From positions 1 through 37,873 of IMG/VR virus record IMGVR_UViG_3300033076_000188: 37,873 nt of DNA, one strand, 5' to 3'. The translations under genes were made by a program, and so were the position numbers. Positions 17,935 through 25,651 of this stretch are shown here, piece by piece. The stretch comes from a virus. Lineage: Duplodnaviria; Caudoviricetes. The notes under the pieces are model-generated. The model ran no database searches. It saw only the letters and a list, made by a program, of their open reading frames with translations, and was not told the origin of the DNA. Positions within the stretch are counted from its first letter, which is position 1, and each line of letters begins with the position of its first letter.

Positions 17935-20302
17935 GGAGATTAAAGCGGTGAGTGAGGATCGCACTAAATTTATCGAGTTTATCACAGGGCTTGTCGATAC
18001 CAACGGCGAGACGGCCTTGCTGCTGAAGCAGAAGCCGACGCTGGTCAACGGCGAGATCGTCTACCACGGCGATGGAGCGCCCAAGGCGACGTTCCCTGCG
18101 TTCATGCCTGCCAAGGCCCGCATCAAGGACGATGAGGCTTGGTATATCAACACCGGGTCTTTCATCATCGACCGCTTCAAGGACGGCAAGCCCAGCGCCC
18201 GCGCTGAGAATACCGAATATGTCCTGTTTATGATGCTGGACGACATCGGCACGAAATCCAAGACGCCGCCGCTAGACCCGACATGGGTTATGGAAACGTC
18301 CGAAGGGTCGTTCCAATGGGGCTACGTCTTTTCGGAACAGCCAACCAAGCATGAGTTCACGGCAGCAGTCAAGGCCATTGCTGACGCAGGCTATACCGAT
18401 CCGGGCGCGACCAATGCCGTGCGCAATTGCCGCATCCCCGGCAGCGTCAACTTGAAGCAGGGCCGCGATCTGTTCGCCACGCGGCTGGTCGAGTTTCACC
18501 CAGAGCGCGAATATACGCTGGCGCAGATTTGCGAGGCGCTGGATGTTACGCCCGCCGAAGCCGATACAGCGGACTATAAGTCACTGACAATCCGCGACAC
18601 GGGCGGCGATACGGTCCTGCAATGGCTGTCCGATCACAGTCTGGTGTTGTCAAATGTCAACAACGAAGGCTGGTGCGGCATCATCTGCCCCAATTACGAA
18701 GCGCACACGGACGGCGTGCCAGAGGCTCGCTACAAGCCGCTGGATCGGTCGTTCTGCTGCTATCACGGCCACTGCCAAGACATTGACAGTCGCGCGTTTC
18801 TTAACTGGGTCGCAGAGAATGACGGCCCCAAGGTCATGCCGGGCTTGCGCGATGAATTGATCGCAGAGCGTATGCGCCAGATGTCGGACAAAATCATGCC
18901 GACCGAAGACTATCCCGACGAAGCGGCAGCGGTCGTCAAGGAAGTAGAACGCAAGGAAGCTGGACGGCTGGAAAAAAACGAATGGTTTAGCCGCTACGCC
19001 TACGTTCAATCGGACGATAGCTATTTCGACATGGTGCTGCGGCGTGAAATCCCGCGCCATGTGTTCAACGCGCTTTATCGTCACATTGACTGCAAGACGA
19101 TGCACGGCACAAAGAAGAACCGCATCCAAGCGTCGATCTATTTTGATGAAAGGCGGCAGGAATATGGCGCGCCTGCGGTGTCGGGCATCACTTTCGCGCC
19201 GGGCGAAAGCGTCCTTGTGGCGCGTGACGGGCTTGTTTACGCAAACCGCTGGGTCAACCACCGGCCTGATATGTCCGCCAGCGATACGATTGGCGACAGC
19301 GACGTTCAGCGTTGGGTTGACCATTGCCGCAATCTTGTGCCGGAAGAAAAAGAACTGGACCACATCTTCAATGTGATGGCCTACAAGGTTCAACACCCGA
19401 ATGTGAAGATCAATCACGCGATCCTGCACGGCGGTGACGAGGGCTGCGGCAAGGACACCATGTGGGCCCCGCTCATGTGGGCTATTGGCGGTCCTCACCA
19501 ATATAACCGCTCGATCATGGAGACGAAGGGGCTGGAAAGCCAATGGGGTTATGCCCTTGAGGCTGAATTGGTCGTTCTGAACGAATTGAAAGAGCCAGAG
19601 GCGCGGGAGCGTCGGGCCCTAGCGAACAAGTTGAAGCCGATCATCGCAGCGCCACCGGAAACGCTCGTCATTAACCGCAAGGGCTTGCATCCGTATGAGA
19701 TGCTGAACCGCCTTCTGGTGCTGGCGTTTACGAATGATCCCGTGCCGATCTCCATCCCGACGCAGGATCGTCGCTGGATGTGCGTTTGGAGCCACGCGCC
19801 GCGCATGGATGCTGCCGAAAGCGCAAGCCTGTGGGCTTGGTATAAGTCCGGTGGCTTTGAGAAGATCGCCGCTTGGCTGCACCAGCGTGACGTTGCTGCG
19901 TTCAATCCAGCAGCGGCCCCGCCTGTGACTGAATGGAAGATCAACATGGTTGAGCATGGTATGTCCATGTCCGAAAGCCACATGGTCGAGATGATGCAAA
20001 AGCGCATGGGTCCGTTTGCGAAGGGCGTTGTCGGCGGTCCGTTTCATCGCGTCTGCGATGCGGTCGCAATGGCGATGAACACATCTGCCGCTAAGGTTCC
20101 GCAAGCGGCTCTGCTTCATGCGTTCAAGGAAGCTGGATGGGTTGACGTTGGGCGTCTGCACTGCCGTGAATACCCAACCAAGCGTCACATCTTTGCAGAG
20201 CGCAGCGTAAGCCAGCGGTATAGCAAGTCCGAATTGCGCCGTATGGTTGAAGACGATGAGGGGCTTGCATCTTCTGGGCAAAAGGTGGTAAGCATCCGCT
20301 GA
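17924..20302 (+). CDS. Primase-helicase (RepB/prim-pol-like N-terminus, Zn motif, SF3/D5-like ATPase); probable start GTG 17948
   Basis: MLDDIG, ETSEGSFQWGY, RIPGSVN, CPNYEAH..CYHGHC, Walker A GDEGCGKDT, Walker B VVLNE, AFTN. AAGGAG at 17933-38. Confidence 0.85.
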   Translation: MSTKEIKAVSEDRTKFIEFITGLVDTNGETALLLKQKPTLVNGEIVYHGDGAPKATFPAFMPAKARIKDDEAWYINTGSFIIDRFKDGKPSARAENTEYVLFMMLDDIGTKSKTPPLDPTWVMETSEGSFQWGYVFSEQPTKHEFTAAVKAIADAGYTDPGATNAVRNCRIPGSVNLKQGRDLFATRLVEFHPEREYTLAQICEALDVTPAEADTADYKSLTIRDTGGDTVLQWLSDHSLVLSNVNNEGWCGIICPNYEAHTDGVPEARYKPLDRSFCCYHGHCQDIDSRAFLNWVAENDGPKVMPGLRDELIAERMRQMSDKIMPTEDYPDEAAAVVKEVERKEAGRLEKNEWFSRYAYVQSDDSYFDMVLRREIPRHVFNALYRHIDCKTMHGTKKNRIQASIYFDERRQEYGAPAVSGITFAPGESVLVARDGLVYANRWVNHRPDMSASDTIGDSDVQRWVDHCRNLVPEEKELDHIFNVMAYKVQHPNVKINHAILHGGDEGCGKDTMWAPLMWAIGGPHQYNRSIMETKGLESQWGYALEAELVVLNELKEPEARERRALANKLKPIIAAPPETLVINRKGLHPYEMLNRLLVLAFTNDPVPISIPTQDRRWMCVWSHAPRMDAAESASLWAWYKSGGFEKIAAWLHQRDVAAFNPAAAPPVTEWKINMVEHGMSMSESHMVEMMQKRMGPFAKGVVGGPFHRVCDAVAMAMNTSAAKVPQAALLHAFKEAGWVDVGRLHCREYPTKRHIFAERSVSQRYSKSELRRMVEDDEGLASSGQKVVSIR

Positions 20303-20336
20303 CTGACGTTTGCTCCACTGCGTTTGTCATGCAATC

Positions 20337-20376
20337 AGCCCCCGGCGGTCCTCACTCCGCCGGGGGCTTTATTTTT
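20337..20376 (+). terminator. Rho-independent terminator between convergent operons
   Basis: AGCCCCCGGCGG, 8-nt loop, CCGCCGGGGGCT, followed by TTATTTTT. Confidence 0.85.
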
Positions 20377-20617
20377 ACCCAAGATATTTGCGCTTCTCTT
20401 CTGGCGAACAGAATTGTTCAATCAGCGCCCGCTTGTCGTCGTCCGGCATGGGGCCGTATAGCTTGCCCGTGGCGACAATGGCTTTTAGCATATTGTCAGA
20501 GGCTCGACGCATCTGCGTTGCAAAGGCGTTATCTTGCGTGGTCTTATAGATCGCATCTTCGCGTAGCAACTTGGAATTAGGCGGCACGCGGTTCGTATTT
20601 CGTTTTGTCATCGTCAT
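20375..20617 (-). CDS. Hypothetical early protein
   Basis: Start placed at ATG 20617 after AAGGAAAATAAA. Confidence 0.6.
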   Translation of the reverse strand: MTMTKRNTNRVPPNSKLLREDAIYKTTQDNAFATQMRRASDNMLKAIVATGKLYGPMPDDDKRALIEQFCSPEEKRKYLG

Positions 20618-20618
20618 T

Positions 20619-20717
20619 TTATTTTCCTTTATGCTCTGCGCCAGCGTCATAGCCAAGAATGTAACCCACCAGCGTCCACAAGGCGCAGGTGATGATGCCA
20701 GCGATGATGTTAGCCAT
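20619..20717 (-). CDS. 32-aa single-TM protein (not in the ORF track)
   Basis: MANIIAGIITCALWTLVGYILGYDAGAEHKGK; GGAGG RBS; fills the gap between neighbours. Confidence 0.55.
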   Translation of the reverse strand: MANIIAGIITCALWTLVGYILGYDAGAEHKGK

Positions 20718-20931
20718 TGTCCGCCTCCCTCTTTAACCGCAGGATGGTGGTGGCCTCCATTATGTCAGGCCAGCATGAACGGCAGACATCGACCACTGTG
20801 CTGTCATGCTTCAGCGTTACGTCCGTCTGGATGATCTGCGGAATGCACTGCGCGGGGACGCGCTGCTCCAAGCGGCGCACCTCTTCTCCGCACAAGTCGC
20901 AGGAATATACTTGCGTCAGGTGAACGGTCAT
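20710..20931 (-). CDS. Small Zn-finger protein
   Basis: CDLC...CRSC; AAGGAG RBS; coupled to the upstream gene. Confidence 0.65.
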   Translation of the reverse strand: MTVHLTQVYSCDLCGEEVRRLEQRVPAQCIPQIIQTDVTLKHDSTVVDVCRSCWPDIMEATTILRLKREADNG

Positions 20932-21296
20932 TTGCCCTTCTCCTTGATCTCAAGTCCACGCTTGGCGAGTGCGGCGTGATATGCTTTTGCGGTTTCAACA
21001 GCCAACTCGCCGTCAACCATCTCCACTTCTTTAACCACCTCCACCAGCGGGTCAGGCTTGGCGATGATGAAGCGGCTAAGTTCTTGGATGGCTACTTCTT
21101 CTTCGCCATTGTCGATAATCGCAATCGCGTCCGTCACGGCATCGCTTACCTCTTGGCGGAATGCTTCGTGGCGTTCGATGGCGCGGAGCAGTGCGGCAGA
21201 TACGCAACCTTGGGGAACATGATCCCAATCTTTGTAATAAGGTTCGCGGAACGTTGCATTCACCAGTTCCAGCGCCTTTTGTTCAATGTTAGTCAT
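20928..21296 (-). CDS. Hypothetical early protein
   Basis: 122 aa, overlapping start/stop coupling, AAGGA RBS. Confidence 0.7.
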   Translation of the reverse strand: MTNIEQKALELVNATFREPYYKDWDHVPQGCVSAALLRAIERHEAFRQEVSDAVTDAIAIIDNGEEEVAIQELSRFIIAKPDPLVEVVKEVEMVDGELAVETAKAYHAALAKRGLEIKEKGK

Positions 21297-21543
21297 TGTT
21301 GCGTTTCCTTTTCTTGCTCTTCGCCAGCGTCCCCAACATATTCAGGACAGTCGAGGGGTGTCGGTTGAGATACTTGGCGATCTGAACGCTATCCAGCCCA
21401 ATGTCGGCCAGCGCATGGGCGGCAGCTTGCCGGGCCATGAATGATACCCGGTCGCGGGCTGTCCCAGTCAGTCGTTCAAGGCTGACATAGTGCGCGTGGC
21501 TAATGCGTTGCAGGATTGCGTTTGCTTGTTCTTTGCGTGTCAT
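21289..21543 (-). CDS. DnaA domain IV-like helix-turn-helix protein
   Basis: LTGTARDR..ARQAAAHAL..IAKYLNRHPSTVL resembles the Bac_DnaA_C signature (ARQ.A..IG..F.RDHTTV). Confidence 0.6.
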   Translation of the reverse strand: MTRKEQANAILQRISHAHYVSLERLTGTARDRVSFMARQAAAHALADIGLDSVQIAKYLNRHPSTVLNMLGTLAKSKKRKRNND

Positions 21544-21704
21544 TCGATCTCTTCCAGAAAATATTGAAGGTCAGTCGGCATTGCGCCGTTGTCGTCTAGC
21601 CGTCCCTGAGACGGCAGGAAGCGTTTTAGATAGCTGGCGGGTATCTTGTTCCCGCCATACCAAGGAACGGCCTGTGCGTCCGTCTGAGGGGCGTTTTCAG
21701 ACAT
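21540..21704 (-). CDS. 54-aa hypothetical protein (not in the ORF track)
   Basis: MSENAPQTDAQAVPWYGGNKIPASYLKRFLPSQGRLDDNGAMPTDLQYFLEEIE; ATGA overlap with the next gene; GAGGG RBS. Confidence 0.55.
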   Translation of the reverse strand: MSENAPQTDAQAVPWYGGNKIPASYLKRFLPSQGRLDDNGAMPTDLQYFLEEIE

Positions 21705-21969
21705 AATAGTCGCCCTCTTCTATTATGTTGGCTTCTTCTTCCATGATGGATGCGACCAACGTCCATTTGTCGTCATAGTGATCCGACATTCGCTCAAATT
21801 CCACGGCGTTGAAACGTAGCCGTTCAATGATGCGTTTGCGTTCATAGGCACGGCCTTCCGAGAAGGCTTCCGCCCGTTCGGACCCAGTTTGACCAATGCC
21901 GCAATCGCACCATGCGCGAATGTCGCCTGTGCGCACGATAGCGCACGATGGATCGTGGGCTTGCGGCAT
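21697..21969 (-). CDS. Hypothetical early protein
   Basis: 90 aa, HDPSC..CDC, TAATG coupling. Confidence 0.65.
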   Translation of the reverse strand: MPQAHDPSCAIVRTGDIRAWCDCGIGQTGSERAEAFSEGRAYERKRIIERLRFNAVEFERMSDHYDDKWTLVASIMEEEANIIEEGDYYV

Positions 21970-22184
21970 TAGATCAGCCCTCGCGCTTCACAAGCCCGGC
22001 GCAAATGGACGGGCGAGAAGCCCCATACGCCCGCTGCAACGCCGTAATCGCGGCATAGGCGGCTTAGGTCGGCCTCAATGTCCTTTAGCGTCTTCTTGGC
22101 GCTGTCATGGCGCTGCAAGGCGTCCACGGCTTCGCGCAGGATCGCCAATTCGTCAGGCTTGGTTTGGGTAAGTGTTGCGGTCAT
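21969..22184 (-). CDS. Hypothetical early protein
   Basis: 71 aa, GGAGGA RBS. Confidence 0.7.
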   Translation of the reverse strand: MTATLTQTKPDELAILREAVDALQRHDSAKKTLKDIEADLSRLCRDYGVAAGVWGFSPVHLRRACEARGLI

Positions 22185-22250
22185 GGGTTAATCCTCCAGA
22201 AATAGGGTTATGATGGTTAGAACGACCAAGGCTAGGATTGCTGGCATGGG

Positions 22251-22499
22251 TTAAAACTTTGCCGCAAAGCGCAATTGGTCGATTTCGGATTGCAATTCGC
22301 TGATTGCTTTTTCCAGCCCGGCAACGTCGCGGGCCAAAGCCTTATTGTCTTGCAGCAAGTCGTCTATTGTATCGGACGTGTCCTGATACTCGCTTAGGCG
22401 TTCACCTAGGGCGATTGCCAATTCATCCGCGCTGTCTTTAGCGGCTTCGATTAGCGTCTTAGTGGCGCAAGCGCGCCAATAGGTGCGGTCGTGTGTCAT
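22251..22499 (-). CDS. Coiled-coil hypothetical protein
   Basis: Start placed at ATG 22499 after AAGGACAATAAA; heptad-rich C-terminus. Confidence 0.65.
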   Translation of the reverse strand: MTHDRTYWRACATKTLIEAAKDSADELAIALGERLSEYQDTSDTIDDLLQDNKALARDVAGLEKAISELQSEIDQLRFAAKF

Positions 22500-22500
22500 T

Positions 22501-22731
22501 TTATTGTCCTTTCGCTTTGGCGATTGCGGCGCGGGCTTGCTGTTTTGCTTCTGCTTGACGCAAAGGCCAATCGCCGCGCTGGCTTTCAAGCAGTTCTTCA
22601 AGCGCAGCCAGCAGATCAGGCGCAGCGGCGACTAGGTCGAACTCGCGGTCTAATTGTTCAGCGTCGATGCTAAGCGAATAACCGCCTTGCTTTAAGAATT
22701 CATGGATCAGGCGTTGGGTATTGTAAGTCAT
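22501..22731 (-). CDS. Hypothetical phage protein
   Basis: LVAAAPDLLAALEEL..ARAAIAKAKG, a motif common in small phage early proteins. Confidence 0.7.
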   Translation of the reverse strand: MTYNTQRLIHEFLKQGGYSLSIDAEQLDREFDLVAAAPDLLAALEELLESQRGDWPLRQAEAKQQARAAIAKAKGQ

Positions 22732-22734
22732 GGC

Positions 22735-23016
22735 TCAAGCGTCCTCTTCGGCTGTGCGGTAATCTTCGATCATGTGCGTGGCGATCTCGTGCCAATTCAC
22801 GTCAGATAGGAAGGCCAGCGCATAGTCGCGCGCAAAGCCCTCGCGTGCGCTTTCGCAGATCAATTCTTCGGCGGTGTCGCGCAAGACATAGCCAAGGTCG
22901 ATTGCGTCTAGGCTATTATCGCTGGCATAGTCCGCGCCGTCGAACATTTCGAGATTGACGCGCCATGTGGCATAATTGGTCCAGCCATTATATTTAGTGT
23001 CTTGTGTCATTGTCAT
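22735..23016 (-). CDS. Conserved hypothetical phage protein
   Basis: YNGWTNYATWRVNL..VNWHEIA; AGGAG RBS. Confidence 0.75.
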   Translation of the reverse strand: MTMTQDTKYNGWTNYATWRVNLEMFDGADYASDNSLDAIDLGYVLRDTAEELICESAREGFARDYALAFLSDVNWHEIATHMIEDYRTAEEDA

Positions 23017-23037
23017 TTGCTCCTGTTGGTTAGTTGG

Positions 23038-23235
23038 TCAGTTGGGCCGAACCCAACCGCCCGCGATTGCATATCGCTCTAGGTCGGCCAAAGCTTCTGT
23101 TTTGGTGCGATAGATAGGCCCTACTTGCGCATTGCGATTGTCCGTTGTGTCCACATATTGCCAATGGTTCGACGCGAAGCGCCCTAATGCTAGCGGTTCA
23201 ATGCGTGTTTGCGTGTATGTAATTGTCATTGTCAT
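23038..23235 (-). CDS. Hypothetical early protein
   Basis: Start at ATG 23235 within the GGAGCAAATGACAATGAC motif. Confidence 0.65.
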   Translation of the reverse strand: MTMTITYTQTRIEPLALGRFASNHWQYVDTTDNRNAQVGPIYRTKTEALADLERYAIAGGWVRPN

Positions 23236-23305
23236 TTGCTCCATTTCGTTTCAGGCACTAGCGCCATGATAACGGTGCGCCTAACAAGCGCACCGTTATC
23301 GGGCG

Positions 23306-23518
23306 TTAGGCTGCGCTGCGCAGTCGTTTCATTTCGTCCAGCCAAGCGATGTCGGCGGCAATCTTTGCGGCTGCCAAATCGTCCAGCTTAGGTGTTGCTG
23401 TTGATTTGGTGTAATCGTATCGCGCATCGGCAGCGCCTTTGCCATAAACAGCGACCAATTCAGCGTGAAACGCTTTGTCGGCTTCAACGGCTGCGATGTA
23501 TAGTGGGTGTTGGATCAT
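23306..23518 (-). CDS. Hypothetical early protein
   Basis: 70 aa, preceded by AAGGGGACAATAAG. Confidence 0.65.
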   Translation of the reverse strand: MIQHPLYIAAVEADKAFHAELVAVYGKGAADARYDYTKSTATPKLDDLAAAKIAADIAWLDEMKRLRSAA

Positions 23519-23531
23519 CTTATTGTCCCCT

Positions 23532-23627
23532 TCACTTAGCGTTGCGGATTGCGTCGATCACACCATAAGCGCCGATCAGAAGCCCAGCTGCGAGTAGCGT
23601 TTGCATGGCGATATAAAGCATTGTCAT
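23532..23627 (-). CDS. 31-aa single-TM protein (not in the ORF track)
   Basis: MTMLYIAMQTLLAAGLLIGAYGVIDAIRNAK; start lies in AAAGGAGCAAATG. Confidence 0.6.
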   Translation of the reverse strand: MTMLYIAMQTLLAAGLLIGAYGVIDAIRNAK

Positions 23628-23639
23628 TTGCTCCTTTGG

Positions 23640-23843
23640 TTATGCGTCGAGTGATCGGCGGATCGAGGCGCGCACGCTGTCGCTGTCGATCAATTCAAGC
23701 CCCATGCGCGTTTGCATGGATATCAACCAATCGCCATAGATTTGGATGCCAGCGTCATCGGATGCCACAAGCGCCTCACGATAGATTGCATAGGCGTGCG
23801 CTAGTTCGGCGGCGTCTGTTTTCAGGATAGTGTCGTTTGTCAT
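23640..23843 (-). CDS. Hypothetical early protein
   Basis: 67 aa; start lies in AAAGGAGCAAACGACATG. Confidence 0.7.
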   Translation of the reverse strand: MTNDTILKTDAAELAHAYAIYREALVASDDAGIQIYGDWLISMQTRMGLELIDSDSVRASIRRSLDA

Positions 23844-23871
23844 GTCGTTTGCTCCTTTGGTTATGAGTTAA

Positions 23872-24207
23872 TTATGCCGCGCGAATGTCGGCGGCATAAT
23901 CGTCCATTGTGCGCCAATGGCGTTCAAGCGCCACGCGATATTGGCCGGGCGTTTGACGGCGCAATTCAATGACGTGGCGTTCGGTGGGCGTAGTTTCGAC
24001 AACCCAATGCGCACCGGCGTTGTAGTTGTCATAAAGCCACGCCTCGATTGCTTTCACTTCGGCCAGCTCGTCCGGCGTTGCGTCCGGTGCTTCGGTGACG
24101 ACCCATGTCTTGGCGTCCTCGCGCCAAAACGCGGCATCGTCGGCGCTGTCGGTCACTTCGACAATATCGTCGGGAAAGCTGGCGCTGGTCACTACGTAGA
24201 TAGTCAT
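23872..24207 (-). CDS. Hypothetical acidic early protein (first gene of the leftward operon)
   Basis: 111 aa; start lies in AGGAGCAAACGACATG. Confidence 0.7.
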   Translation of the reverse strand: MTIYVVTSASFPDDIVEVTDSADDAAFWREDAKTWVVTEAPDATPDELAEVKAIEAWLYDNYNAGAHWVVETTPTERHVIELRRQTPGQYRVALERHWRTMDDYAADIRAA

Positions 24208-24303
24208 GTCGTTTGCTCCTGTTTGTTGAGTCCTCGTTATCCACTTTTACTGTCTGGCGATATTGTATAAATCCGACACGATAGCGAATAAATTTAGGGC
24301 AAA

Positions 24304-24840
24304 ATTTGTGGGTCATCCTGTTGCGCCAAATGACCCACAAATCGCGGCGATTTAATCTTATTTGTTACGCTATTAACATCGGTGTTAATAAGGGGCTAAA
24401 TTTGTGGGTCTTGTGGGTTTTTTGTGGGTCAAAAAACGTGGTGCCATGACCCACGCTAAGACCCGCAGAAAAGCTAAGGGAATTTAGCTTTGTGGGTCAT
24501 TTGGGTCATTGTCTGCATATTAACAGTAAAACTAAAATTATTGAGAATGGTTCGCAATAAGGTTTGAGTTTATGAGACTTATATGTTGATGCCCAAATGA
24601 CCCACAACGCCCACAAGCCCCTTCGACCCCACGCAAAACGCCCCACGCAAATTGTAAAAATGCGACTTGCCCCTAAAAGCCATTTTAAAGCCCTTACAGC
24701 ACAATTTGCTAAATTGGCTGGTCTACTACCTAGAAATTAATCTTCCCGATTTGTTTATGGTTTGTTCTATTTGTGAGAACAAACATGATAGCGCGGCCCC
24801 GACTTGGATCGCGTGGCCACATTGCCCACAACGCCCACAA
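24304..24840. repeat. Non-coding cluster of TGTGGGTC / (GA/GC)CCCACA repeats in both orientations; candidate origin or control region
   Basis: About 15 exact or near copies. Perfect 13-bp inverted repeat at 24304-24316 / 24330-24342. AT-rich spacers. Confidence 0.75.
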
Positions 24841-25108
24841 CATTTGTGTCGCGCAATTAGACCGCCAGACTAGAATGTGTTTTTAGACTGTTGGTCTAGT
24901 CCTGACAGGGAAAGGCCAACCCAAATTAGACTGACAGTCTAGACTCAGCTCCCAGCAAAATTCTGAGGGGAGGGGGTGGGGCCGACGGTTTGGGTGATCG
25001 AAAGCGGTAGGTCCGCAAACAATTTTTTGTAGCCTGCATTTTTGCTATGAAATTTTTTAAAATTTATTTTTTGCAAAACGCAACACACCCCTAAATTTTT
25101 TGCTGCAC

Positions 25109-25137
25109 TTGCCAAGACGGCCTTCTGCAATTATTAT
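25109..25137 (+). promoter_or_regulatory. Sigma70-like promoter for the packaging/late operon
   Basis: TTGCCA, 17 nt, TATTAT, with upstream A/T tracts. The terS ATG follows 7 nt after the -10 element. Confidence 0.65.
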
Positions 25138-25144
25138 GCGGCAC

Positions 25145-25651
25145 ATGACATTCTATTCCCTGCCCTTCACCCCGGAGCGCCCACAGGCGACCGAGGCGCG
25201 GTTGGAAGCGATCTATGCCGCCGCCAAATACGGTCTTAAAGGCGACAGCTTGGCAATGGCCGCTGGCTTGACCCCAGCGCAGTATCGGCGCCTGCATGAG
25301 TTCGACCCGCTGGTGGAGATGGCCGAGATGAAGGGCCGCGCTGATGGTGAGTACGCCGCCGCCAAGACGCTGCACGACGCGGCAGCCGACGGCGACAGCA
25401 AGGCGGCCCTTGAGATACTGAAGCACCAGCACGGCTGGAAGGCCGCTCAGTCTGTAGAGATAACCGTAGAGGGCCAAATTTCTGTTCTTGCTGCCTTGGA
25501 AAAAGCGCAACAACGTGTTATAGAAGGCATCTATTCGGAAGTGGAGAGCGCGCCAACGCCCTCCAGCTTCCTGACCGACCAACAAGAGGAATTTGTTGAT
25601 GGCTTCCAACTTGATAACGCAAGAACGCCTGAAAAGTCTACTGACTTATGA
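25145..25651 (+). CDS. terS: Terminase small subunit
   Basis: HTH-like N-terminus and GDSKAALEILKHQHGW motif, upstream of terL. Start placed at ATG 25145. Confidence 0.7.
   Translation: MTFYSLPFTPERPQATEARLEAIYAAAKYGLKGDSLAMAAGLTPAQYRRLHEFDPLVEMAEMKGRADGEYAAAKTLHDAAADGDSKAALEILKHQHGWKAAQSVEITVEGQISVLAALEKAQQRVIEGIYSEVESAPTPSSFLTDQQEEFVDGFQLDNARTPEKSTDL

Larger units (their letters stand above)
23005..24220 (-). repeat. Five start-associated repeats GGAGCAAA(T/C)GAC(A)ATG
   Basis: Plus-strand copies at 23005-23023, 23224-23242, 23619-23644, 23838-23865 and 24203-24220. Confidence 0.85.

Noticed and set aside
20124-20330. 68-aa minus-strand ORF starting in the primase 3' UTR
   Set aside because: Antisense to the primase, beyond the terminator hairpin and without an upstream RBS. 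The motif there is treated as a non-coding element instead.
24304-24840. CRISPR array
   Set aside because: Repeats are only 7-13 nt, in both orientations and irregularly spaced. The Cas4-like gene is a standard phage replication exonuclease.
24029-25130. ORFs 24029-24340, 24667-24873 and 24945-25130
   Set aside because: They run through repeat or AT-tract DNA, with weak starts, no RBS and atypical composition.
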